A stretch of DNA of 34,430 nucleotides from Octopus bimaculoides (lineage: Eukaryota): assembly GCF_001194135.2 (NCBI RefSeq), contig NC_068994.1, positions 27,422,405 through 27,456,834 of the forward strand, read 5' to 3'. This document shows positions 23,471 to 34,328 of the stretch, one piece after another; position 1 is the first letter of the stretch, and each line of letters opens with the position of its first letter. Below the pieces are notes generated by a model. It had not been told where the DNA came from. It searched no databases and was given only the letters and a program-made list of their open reading frames with translations. The position numbers were made by a program, and so were the translations under genes.

Positions 23471-24139
23471 TGTATTACACTTATGTCAAGTGCGGTTATA
23501 ACTCAAATGTAGAAATATATGTAGATAAAAAGGAAGGGAAGAAAGGGAGACAAAGAAATAAAATGCGAGTAGTTGAATCAGTAAAAAGAGAAAACATGAA
23601 AAAGAGGGAAAGAGAGAGGGGGTATATATTGTTAGAAAGAGTGGAGTGAGGGAGAAGGTCTATATTATTCTGCATTTGTTTTGCATTTCTGTTTCTATAT
23701 ATATGTCATGTACAATTTGTATAGTCCTGTTTGTAATGTAGAATGTTTGTATTTAATTTAGTGAGTAAGCTCATGCTTTTGTGTTTTTATCTACATATCA
23801 CGTTCATATGAAATATAGTTTTTATTTTTTTATTTACTTTGTAAATATGTAATAAAAATTGTATATAATAAACATTTAATCAATATATATGAATAGGTTT
23901 TATCTTTTTAATTCATCTTTTGTTTTCTTAAACTATAAAGCACATCATATGTTTCAAACATATTACAATGAGGTAAATAAGCAATACCTTTGAAATTCAT
24001 TTTAATTATATTTAAAAGCACTGTTTTCATTAAATGGTAGGATATCAAAAGAATCTTTTGAAACTCATTGCCTGTGTTTAATATACTAACATAGTGTTTT
24101 CAAATGTGCTGACTTATACTGTGAAATTTCCGTGGATCT

Positions 24140-24320
24140 CACACCAGGAAAATTGCTTAGCAACATTTCAACCATCTTTACGTCTTGAGTTCACATTCCA
24201 CTGAGGTTGACTTTGCCTTTCATCTCTTTTGGGGTTAATAAAATAAGTACCAGTGAAGAACTGGTTCATTGACCCCAAACTGGCTGGTTTGTGCCAAAAT
24301 TTGAAACCATTATTATTATA
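24140..24320 (+). mobile_element. tRNA-SINE, second family, 5'-degenerate
   Basis: GAGGTTGACTTTGCCTTTCATC..AATAAGTACCAG..GTGCCAAAATTTGAAACCATTATT matches 12497-12735. Confidence 0.75.
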
Positions 24321-25186
24321 CTTGCTGCCATATAGAGACCTTTAACATTCTTATTAATATTCCAGTTATTTCCAATAAATGTTTAGCAAAAATAGGAATC
24401 AAAATTAGAACAATGCCTTTCCAAAATTTCTTTATTGGTAATAATTAGAATATTAAGAAAAATGTTAAAGATCAATATATGAAATCTGTCACAGATCCTA
24501 CATAGAGATTCTATCACTTTTGAAATTACAGCTTTCTCCCTATTTTAGTTAACTATTTGCTTATCTAGTCTGATATTATACCTAGAAACCCTATCATTAC
24601 TCAACTATTTTTTCTATCTCACCGTTTTAGTTAATTATTTGTCTTATCAATTAAATACGTTATGGAGAGATCCTATCACGATCTTCTTTATTGACCACAT
24701 ATTCCCAATGCCTTGCATAAAATTCAGATACTTCGCAACTATCTTTTCGATTTTATTTCTTTGTCAACATTCTAATGGTTTTGCAATCTCCATTATTTCA
24801 GACTTTCATGAATTTTGTAAACTATTTTTTTAAAAACATTAAGTTTCCCTTTCCCTATCATATTGGTTACATTACATTAATTTTATTACTACATAGCATC
24901 ATCATCATCATCACCGTCTCCGCCACAAGCACTATCACATCACTTTCAATACATTTCTAATATTTTTAGATAAATATAAATTGGTTGAGAGATAAACAAA
25001 TATTTCAAGCCATTTAACTAATTAAAATCTTGTTGAAACTTAATTAAACACAAGTGAGCTTTAATTAAATTGACATCCATTTTACTTATATAATCAAAAC
25101 AAAACAGCAAAAACGAATAAAACAACATATGAAAATGTTTAAATTTTGTATAGTTTTCTCTTAATCTTCCATCTTGATGTACTTAC

Positions 25187-25219
25187 CTTTTCTCCATTTT
25201 CCTTTCCTTTTATAGATTT
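25187..25219 (-). other. Candidate 33-nt symmetric microexon (KSIKGKENGEK if phase 0)
   Basis: Minus strand TATTTTTACAG|AAATCT...GAAAAG|GTAAGT. Splice signals only; no homology. Confidence 0.25.
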
Positions 25220-25556
25220 CTGTAAAAATATTTTACTAAGCAAATATTTTAAACAGTTCATTATGAAATTAATATAACAAGCAAATACATAAAAATAAAG
25301 AGAAAAAGAAAAGAAACTGAGAGAAAACCCAGACAATTTTGTTGTAGGTGATTTTTTCAGAGATTTCCTTAGTTCCTGAAAAAGTTACCAAACATTTTAC
25401 ATGTGTATTCAATATTCTATAAATTTTATACATATTCTGTATAATTTCAGACATTGACTAATTTTGTTGTTTTAGAATTTAGATTTACTTTTTATTATAT
25501 TTCTAGATGTCGTAGATAAATTGTCAGAAATTATAATTTTTCAGGCTATTAACTTC

Positions 25557-25602
<46 letters not shown>

Positions 25603-26307
25603 AAAATGTATAANNNNNNNNNNNNNNNNNNNNNNNNNNNNNNNNNNNNNNNNNNNNNNNNNNNNNNNNNNNNNNNNNNNNNNNNNNNNNNNNNNNNNNN
25701 NNNNNNNNNNNNNNNNNNNNNNNNNNNNNNNNNNNNNNNNNNNNNNNNNNNNNNNNNNNNNNNNNNNNNNNNNNNNNNNNNNNNNNNNNNNNNNNNNNNN
25801 NNNNNNNNNNNNNNNNNNNNNNNNNNNNNNNNNNNNNNNNNNNNNNNNNNNNNNNNNNNNNNNNNNNNNNNNNNNNNNNNNNNNNNNNNNNNNNNNNNNN
25901 NNNNNNNNNNNNNNNNNNNNNNNNNNNNNNNNNNNNNNNNNNNNNNNNNNNNNNNNNNNNNNNNNNNNNNNNNNNNNNNNNNNNNNNNNNNNNNNNNNNN
26001 NNNNNNNNNNNNNNNNNNNNNNNNNNNNNNNNNNNNNATTTAATCCTTTATATTGAACACTCAATATTTCATATATTCAATAAGACATATTCCATATATT
26101 CAATAAGACATTCAATACTTCATTTCATTGTACCATCCATCTTTTTTTATATTATATATTATATATTCCATATTCTATATCCCACATAAATTTTACAAGA
26201 ATATAAATAAAAAACATAAAAAACAGACAGAGTTGGAACTCTTAAATAAAATAATATATTCCTCTATACACGATCATACAAAACCCTTTTTTTTGTATTT
26301 ATTTTTA

Positions 26308-26355
<48 letters not shown>

Positions 26356-26396
26356 AAAATGTATAAAAACAATACAAGGAGATAGATTGAACAGGC

Positions 26397-26402
26397 TTTA
26401 TT
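26397..26402 (-). promoter_or_regulatory. Candidate AATAAA polyadenylation signal
   Basis: ~75 nt past the TGA at 26476, followed by a T/GT-rich tract on the minus strand. Confidence 0.4.
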
Positions 26403-26475
26403 AAATATCACATGTTGTTATAATGCTTCATTATCAGCTGTTAATTGCTGAATGTTACATATATATAATATTGTA

Positions 26476-26600
26476 TCAGTATGATTCAACAATAACTGTA
26501 GACATGTGCATTCTTGGGTGACCAGGGTCAAAGAATTGCTTTATCACGTTTAGTTTCTCCACATTCTCTACCCATATTGAAATAGAGTTTTCAGTATTCT
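26476..26600 (-). CDS. Candidate terminal coding exon of an unidentified antisense gene
   Basis: Long pyrimidine tract + TTTGACAG acceptor. One open frame (x)NTENSISIWVENVEKLNVIKQFFDPGHPRMHMSTVIVESY*; the other two frames stop early. AATAAA downstream. Protein not recognised. Confidence 0.45.
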
Positions 26601-26864
26601 CTGTCAAAGTGGAACAAGGAAATACAAAGAGATACAAACGAAAAAAACAACAAAAATAACATTTGGTAGCCAATACACAGAGAATAGCTTTGGCAAGCAT
26701 ACTATAAAGTTATACCCCCCACAAAAAAAAAAAACATTTGAGGTGTTAAAGGAAAGAAGTTCAAAGGTATCTTTGAACTCCTGGTCTGTGGGTTTCTTCT
26801 TTGTTTTTGAATCACATATATATATATACATACATATATCCACATACAATATATGAATATAATA

Positions 26865-28106
26865 TTGGATCATTCCATAAATAATGCGGATTTTTATACT
26901 TCTTTTATTTTTCAATCTAAAATATACTCTCTTTCATTTTCTACAATGCACTTCCATCTATCTGGTTGACTTGCAAGGCCCCACTTCCAAAATTCACTTG
27001 TCCGTGACTAAAAATTCTCTGCCAGTACTGCTCTGACCTCATCTACAGAATTCATATTTTTTCTGTCCAAATGATTTTGAAGACTATGGAATAGATGGTA
27101 ATCAGATGGGGAAATGTTTCGGAGAATATGGTGGGTGGGGCATCATTTCTCATTCAAACTACTCCAGTCTTTGAAATATCATCCTCACTGTATGTGGCCG
27201 AGCATTATACTGATGAAAGAACATCTTTTCTCTTGAATCCAAAGATGCTTATTTTCCTTCCAATGCTGACTTAAGCTGCTCAAGCTGCTCACAGTAGATC
27301 TCCTCTGTTATTGTTTGATTTAGGTTTAAAAGTTCAAAGTGGACTAAACCTTTCATATCTCACCAAACAGGTAACAACACCTTACGTGGGTGAAGACCTT
27401 CTTTAGCCTGGGGTGCTGGTGTTTCTCCTTTCCCTACCCACTGTCTTTGGCACTTGACATTTTTTACAGAGAACCCATTTCTTGTCACCAGTCACTATTC
27501 ACTCCAATAAAGGTTCGTTCGGAAGACATGACAGCAAAGAGCACATATTCACACTCTGCATGCAAAAGTTTGTGAGGAACCCATTGACCCAATTTTCTGA
27601 CTTTTCTGATGGTGCAGGTGTCAATGAATGGTTGAATGACCAAATCCAAGCTTCTCTGCTTGTTTCTCAACAGTTACAATGGAATTTTATTCTTCCGGGG
27701 TTTGCAGGATGTCCTCATCGAGCTCGACAAATCTTCCAGGACAAGAATCATCTTCTAAGGCTGCAGTTTCTGGCTCAGAATTTCTGGAACCACCGTTGAC
27801 ACTGGCTTATGCTTATTGTCCAATCCCCATACGCTGCATTCATATTCCTCACACTTTCTGTTGCATTGTTGCCTTTATTGAACTCATAAAGCAAAATATG
27901 CTGAATATGCTCCTTTGTCACTTCCATTATAGCTTTGAATAACTGTTAAAATCTAACTGCACTCTTCAAAACTTGTACTAAGAATAAGGGCAAGAAAAAA
28001 TTACGACCTGCTTTTATAGAAAGTTAATGCAAGTAGTTTATCTCATCCCCCTCCGTCTTTTAGTTCATGCAATTGAAAAAATCGCATTATTTATGAGATG
28101 ACCCAA
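26865..28106 (-). mobile_element. Full-length decayed mariner (Tc1/mariner) transposon
   Basis: TIRs TTGGATCATTCCATAAATAATGCGG (26865, preceded by TA) and reverse complement TTGGGTCATCTCATAAATAATGCG (ends 28106). Pseudo-ORF 27927-26912 with WVPHKL, IVTGDKKW, HQYNARPH, HPPYSP and many stops. Confidence 0.9.
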
Positions 28107-28181
28107 CATAATGTATATAAATATAATATATCTATATACAATATATAAATATATACACACACATACATATATACTTATATA

Positions 28182-28216
<35 letters not shown>

Positions 28217-28259
28217 GTATGTATATTTTTTCAATGTGTATGAATAACAAAGAAAAAGA

Positions 28260-29390
28260 TAAATAATTACCAGGGTAGTAAAAATTCACATAAGTGCCAA
28301 AGATATTACAGACTATCAAAAAGGTAGAAATTTTTGTATGCCATGGATAAATTAAGAAATGGAGTCAAATTATTTATATTTCCAACATATGTTTCAAAAA
28401 AAGCATTGAGATTATTCTGGAGAGAATAAAAAAGATGTAAAACAATGCAATCATCTCATCAGGGGAAAAAAGGAACAAAGCACATCAATAAGCCATTTTA
28501 ACTGAATGTGATTACTATGTACATAAGTATATGATGTAAGGAGAATGCTAGTAAGTTATTTTTTAAAATACTATTAATAGATTTAACGTCAAAGGTAAAT
28601 TAGAGAAAGAAAGAAATTAACAGAAAATTAAGAGTGGAAAAATATAATGTGATAGATGAATGGGAATAAAGTTTAAAAGCATGGAAATAGATATATGTAG
28701 TGGAAATGAAATGTAAGAAGACAGTTAAAGGTTGAATTTTATAGACTGAAAAAAATTACTTATAGGAACTAAAGGTATGTTTTTGCTGATGTTTACAATG
28801 ATAAACACATTCACAAGAGTATTCTTCAAGATTTAGCTTTGTCATATGAGAAAGATCTAGATGGAATTTTCCATTCCAATACATATTGTTTATTATGTTC
28901 CTTTAGAGACCAAATTAATTTACTAAGCCCAGTATTGTTGCATTTATTTGTATGTCTAAATGTAGAATAATGGTTAGATATTCTATTTGACAACTGAGAC
29001 AAAGAGCTACACATATAAAGAAAGACATCAGAACCACAAGTAATCTTACATTGATAAACAAAGTTTCTAGTCTTAAAATTATTGCTAAGGAAAGGAATTT
29101 GATTCAAATTTATATCAGAAATATTAATATTGTTGTTACTATTGTTCAAAGAATAGTTAGCATTAATAATATCGCTGTTACTATTTTCTTTAAGTGGATT
29201 TGCATTTAATAACTTTTGGTTATGTGAAGAAATGATTTCTGAAAGGTTTTTGGTAATTAAAAAAAACCTATCCTAATTCGGTGTGAATTGATTATAAAAT
29301 GTTATGTGGAATTTTTTGGAAAAATTCTAGATACCATTCCATTATCAATTCCTGCATTTGACTTCATTTCTTACTTTACCCATGTTATAT
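28260..29390 (-). mobile_element. 5'-truncated Penelope-like element (C-terminal GIY-YIG, Naiad-like) with 3' pLTR
   Basis: FVYQCKI...LYMCSS...RISNHYSTF...TGLSKLIWSLK...WKI (28826-29149), upstream IISSHNQKLL, downstream HCKHQQK..SYK*. Subgroup assignment is from memory of motifs. Confidence 0.7.
28380..28466 (-). ncRNA. Degenerate type I hammerhead-like motif in the PLE 3' region
   Basis: Minus strand TTTCCC-CTGATGA(28461-28455)...GCATTG/CAATGC...T-GAAAC-ATAT-GTT-GGAAA. ACATATGT palindrome as stem III. Confidence 0.45.
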
Positions 29391-29412
29391 ATATGTTTAT
29401 ATATGTATGTAT

Positions 29413-29460
<48 letters not shown>

Positions 29461-30927
29461 NNNNNNNNNNNNNNNNNNNNNNNNNNNNNNNNNNNNNNNN
29501 NNNNNNNNNNNNNNNNNNNNNNNNNNNNNNNNNNNNNNNNNNNNNNNNNNNNNNNNNNNNNNNNNNNNNNNNNNNNNNNNNNNNNNNNNNNNNNNNNNNN
29601 NNNNNNNNNNNNNNNNNNNNNNNNNNNNNNNNNNNNNNNNNNNNNNNNNNNNNNNNNNNNNNNNNNNNNNNNNNNNNNNNNNNNNNNNNNTATGCAAAGT
29701 TTGACCACCTCCTGTACCTACACCTTAGCACCATCATGGCATCTGATGTGGCTTTTTAAACCAGACAATGTTCTGAAAAGACACCCACATAGATTGCACC
29801 TCTGATTTGGACCACCAAGACCTGCAGATAAGTTCTACTCTTTATGGCCTCTTGTGGGGCCTCTGTTGGATTTGCAAGCCTTCTGGCATACACTGCATTC
29901 AAAGGTGTGCACAGGCATATAGGCAGAATAGTTAGTGGAGGTTCGTTTTCCATGCATTCGCAGATGAGATTTGAGGCCAGCAAAAGACAGGCATGTCTGT
30001 CACACACTGTGCACACAAAAAGGTCATTGTCATTCACCTTCTTGATTGTTACATTCTTCCTTAGATCTCTTTTGAGTCTTACTTGCATTATCCTGGCCTC
30101 TTCAAATGCTTTCACTCCACTCTACACCTTTGTTCACCATCCAACTCGAGGAACCATTCCAAGTGACTTCATAGTAGTCTCTATGCTGTCCTCAAAACAT
30201 TTTTGGGGTTTACACTGATAATGTTTCCCCTCAGCAAGTTCACCATAAAATACCTGTTTCGGCATGCATTCATCTGCCTTTCGAACAATATGGCCACACC
30301 ATCTCAATTGATTCCTCAAAAGCATAGCTTTAATTGAGGTGATGCCTGCAGATGTAAAGACATCTGTGTTCTCAGTAAAAGAACTCCTTTTAATTTTTAA
30401 AATGCGATGAAGGCATTTTTGGTGTAATTGTTCCAACAATTTAAAATGCCTTGCATAACAAGTCCAAGTTTCATAGGAATACAAAATTTATTTATATGTC
30501 GCTGGCACCAAACACATGACACCAAGCCACCAAATGCTTTTGCTGCCCTTTGAATTTGCAGCTGTATTTCTGTATCAAGATCTCCATCATTTTGAGCAGA
30601 TCTTCCAAGGTAGACAAATGAATCAACAACCTGAAGTAACTTTCCCTTAGCAAAAATTCTAGCAGGGTTACAAACAGCACCACACACAGGTTGATGCATT
30701 ACAACCGGTTTTTTCAAGTTGATGGTCAAGCCAAAAATCATCACAAGCTGAGTCAAATGCAGATAGAAGAGATTGCAGACCTGTTTCAGAATGACTGACA
30801 AGATCACAATCGTCAGCGTACAAAAATTCCTTAATGCTTGATGTAAAAACCTTCGTTTTGAATTTCAGTCTGGTCAGATTAAAAACATTCCCCATTGCTT
30901 GATATTTTATGTAAATACCCTCCTCAG

Positions 30928-31142
30928 ATAATACAGTTATCCACTACATCATATGCCCACAGGTATATGGCATAGTGGTTAAGAGTGCGGGCTACTAACC
31001 CCAAGATTCTGAGTTTGATTCCAAGCAGTGACCTGAACAATAACAATAATAATAATAATAACAATAACAACATCGAAACATTGTGTTAACTACAAACAAG
31101 ATGAGGACAAATATCCGTCACATGTAAATAATGTATATAATG
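30928..31142 (+). mobile_element. Third copy of the tRNA-head/hammerhead element, catalytic core deleted
   Basis: Head TGGCATAGTGGTTAAGAGTGCGGGCTACTAACCCC..GAGTTTGATTCC, (AAT/AAC)n, CATCGAAACATTGTGTT, same 3' body as 6265-6325. Flanked by TACC(C/T)TCCTCAG at 30916-30927 and 31143-31154. Confidence 0.8.
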
Positions 31143-31849
31143 TACCTTCCTCAGAGTTTTGAAAAGCATGTGACAACACAACAACAAAGTATATTGCAAA
31201 GAGGGTGAGTGCATCAAGGTCTCCTTGCTTTACTCCATTTTCCATAGCAACAGATTCAGAGAGCCTACCACCAAAATTAACTTTAGCTTTCATATCTTGA
31301 TGCAAAGCCCTGATCAAGTGTACACATTTTTCTAGACAATCTATTTTCCTTAGAATTAGCCACAAAGCATTTCGATTAACAGTATTGAATACTTTGCTCA
31401 AATCAACAAGGCAATGGTATAGAGCAAGATTCTATTCAATGCATTTTTCTTGTAAATTTCTGACAGTAACGATACAATCAGCTGTGCCCCTGGAGGAACG
31501 AAAACCTCACTGAGACTCAGACACTATATTTAGAACTATAAAGGTATTTAAACATTCTAATAAATTGCGGGCAAATACCTTTCCAACCACAGACAAAATC
31601 AAAATCCCACGAAAATTTCCACACAAATCTTTTGACCCCGATTTATACAAGGAGACTAAAATGGCATCAATCCAGTCTTTAGGCACTTTCTCAGTACTCC
31701 AACAGTGACACATTAATATATTTAAGAGTTCAAACATTTTGTCACCCTCATATTTCAAGACTTCTGGTCAAATTCCACCAGACTCTGGAGACGTATTATT
31801 ATTCAGCTTATTCACGGCTTAATAAATGTCATTTAGAGTTGGTTCAAGT

Positions 31850-32230
31850 GGAGGCGCAATGGCCCAGTGGTTAGGGCAGCGGACTCGCGGTCATAGGATC
31901 GCGGTTTCGATTCCCAGATCAGGCGTTGTGAGTGTTTATTGAGCGAAAACACCTAGAGCTCCACGAGGCTCCGGCAGGGGATGATGGCGAACCCTGCTGT
32001 ACTCTTCCACCACAACTTTCTCTCATGCTTACTTCCTGTTTCTGTTGTGCCTGTAATTCAAAGGGTCAGCCTTGTCACACTGTGTCACGCTGAATATCCC
32101 CGAGAACTATGTTATGGGTACACGTGTCTGTGGAGTGCTCAGCCACTTTCACGTTAATTTCACGAGCAGGTTGTTCCGTTGATCGGATGAACTGGAACCC
32201 TCGACGTCGTAAGCGACGGAGTGCCAACAA
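31850..32230 (+). mobile_element. tRNA-derived SINE (third family), CpG-rich and apparently young, inserted in the RTE
   Basis: A-box TGGCCCAGTGG, B-box GTTTCGATTCC, ends GTGCCAACAA. RTE reading EEMA|LEPTL resumes on both sides. Confidence 0.85.
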
Positions 32231-33846
32231 ATGCCATCTCTTCTATAACTGGAGGGTGCTCGACTTTTTCTATCATCTTCATGTCAACGGATGATGGTCT
32301 ATTCAAAAGTGCAGAAAAATGTTCCACCTAATGCTTATGAATAGAAGCAGTGTCAGTCAGAAGAAAACGTTCATTTGCTGTTCTCACTGGAGCTATTGAA
32401 GAAGATTTTAGGCCATACTCAACATAAGAGTACAAACCCTTGGCATCATTTCTATCAGTTGCTTCTTGTGCCCCTTTTACTCTATCATTCCACCTATCCT
32501 GTTTAATTTTCCTTAGAGTAGTCTGCATTTTCTTTTTCAGCTTTCTGTAAGCTTCATTTGAGTTTGGGTTCAAAGACTGAGAAAGAAATGTATTGCCTAA
32601 GTTTTGTTTTTTTAAAAGTAGATCATGAATTTCTGCTGATCGATCTGAGAATCAGTTACTAGACTTATGTGATATAAATCCCACTGACGAACTTGCAGCC
32701 TGAAATACTTTTGTTTTGAAATCTTCCCATAGATTGTTTGGGTTAAGATTGATACTTTCTATAACATCGTGGCATCTTTGCAAGTTACTTGATAATTTTA
32801 AGTTTGCAACATTTAACTTTTTGGATACCTTAGGACCAGAGTGTCGATTTTAAGGCATTATCGAAAAATCTATTTTTCCACGCACTAGTTGATGGTCAGT
32901 CCAGCTCTCTGTCCCTCTTATGGCCCGAATGCTAGAAACGTCTTTCATATCACGTTTTCTGATCAGAATATAATCTATGAGATGCCAGTGCTTAGATCTT
33001 GGGTGCATTTAGGTGGTTTTATATTTATTTTTCTGTTTAAACAGAGTGTTGGTCACAACCAGAATATTCTCAGTACAAAATGTCAAAAGAGTTACTCCAT
33101 TTTTATTGCATTTTCCAGCCCCAGGTTATGAAACATAGTTCTTTCCAACTCTTGCAGTGAAATCTTCCAAGAGAGTGCAACTATATCAAGAGAATATTTC
33201 TCAAGCTCACATGCAATAAGTGCAGTACGCCTTTCTGGCCTCTTGTTGAAATTATCATCAAGAAGTTTGCGCACATTCCAACAACCAAAATTCAAAGGAT
33301 GTTTATTTTTACTTTTTCTTGAAGATTGTTTAACCACAGTGGCAGGATGACGACCAGGTCCAGCCTGTGATACACTGGGACACCTGCCAAGCCAGACCTG
33401 TTCCTCTGACGTTCACATTTTTTGCCATTTACTGAATCTGTTTGAGACATTGTAGAGTAAGTTACACAAGTGCATTTTTAGGTTTCTGCCAACCAACAAT
33501 TTTCAATGATTTTACTAAGATTTGCTGTACAGTAAGTACCTGTGCAGATGAATAATTTTCAGTGGGTATAGCTTGCACTGCACTACCCTCACCTATTGGC
33601 CCAAAAAGACTTTCACAGGTGTGACATGAAAATTGACAAAACCAGGAACTTCCAAGGCCTCAGGTTTTATTTCGGAGATTTCCTTCTCCTAGCTAGATTA
33701 CCAACCAAGGTTAAAGACCTTCTACCTGCCCATGAGGTAAGCTATCCCATTCCAGACACCAAATCAATACTCAAACACTTTATAAAGTGATCAAATATCA
33801 CTACGGTGACTGATACAGAGTAGCTCATTCATAAAAAAAAGGGGAG

Positions 33847-34114
33847 AAGGTACGATATGTGATTTGCAAATGTAAATAAGAATTATATATAAATATAAAA
33901 AAATAAAAGATATGCAATAAATATAAATATGTATATAAAAGTAAAAATATACATATATATATACATATAAAAAATAAAAAAGGTACGATGTGTGAATAAG
34001 AATTACATATAAATAATATTGTATAAAGTAAAGAAAAGTAAAAGATATGCAATTAAAAGATATAAAATAATATATATATATAAAAGTAAAAATATGTAAG
34101 TAAAAATATACATA
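33847..34114. repeat. AT-rich ~133-bp degenerate tandem duplication
   Basis: AAGGTACGAT at 33847 and 33980. Shared ATAAGAATTA, AAAAGATATGCAAT and AAAAGTAAAAATAT blocks. Confidence 0.75.
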
Positions 34115-34279
34115 GGCACAGGAGTGGCTGTGTGGTAAGTAGCTTGCTTACCAACCACACGGTTCTGGTTTCAGTCCCACTGTGTTGCACCTTGGGCAAG
34201 TGTCTTCTACTATAGCCTCAGGCCGACCAAGGCTCTGTGAGTAGATTTGGTAGACGGAAACTGAAAGAAGCCCCTCGTA

Positions 34280-34328
<49 letters not shown>

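Larger units (their letters stand above)
29691..33800 (-). mobile_element. Near full-length decayed RTE (BovB-like) LINE hosting two SINE insertions
   Basis: APE FGCWNVRKLLD..RPERRTALIACEL (33092-33337), RT FRGILILSVVGKVFA, GVKQG, FLYADDC, C-terminal YSYETWT...QLRWCGHIVR, zinc fingers, stop at 29718-29720. 5' UTR extent approximate. Confidence 0.85.

Noticed and set aside
28826-29149. Stand-alone GIY-YIG nuclease gene
   Set aside because: Catalytic motif degenerate, flanked by PLE linker and pLTR-like sequence.
29718-30020. Host C2H2 zinc-finger gene
   Set aside because: Collinear with and directly continuing the RTE ORF; no splice signals.
30966-31035. Possible tRNA-Ser gene
   Set aside because: Lacks the long variable arm and acceptor stem, and has a decayed B-box. 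It is the head of the repeat element.
31850-31925. Possible tRNA gene
   Set aside because: No proper acceptor stem or oligo-T terminator, and it continues into a SINE body inserted in an RTE.
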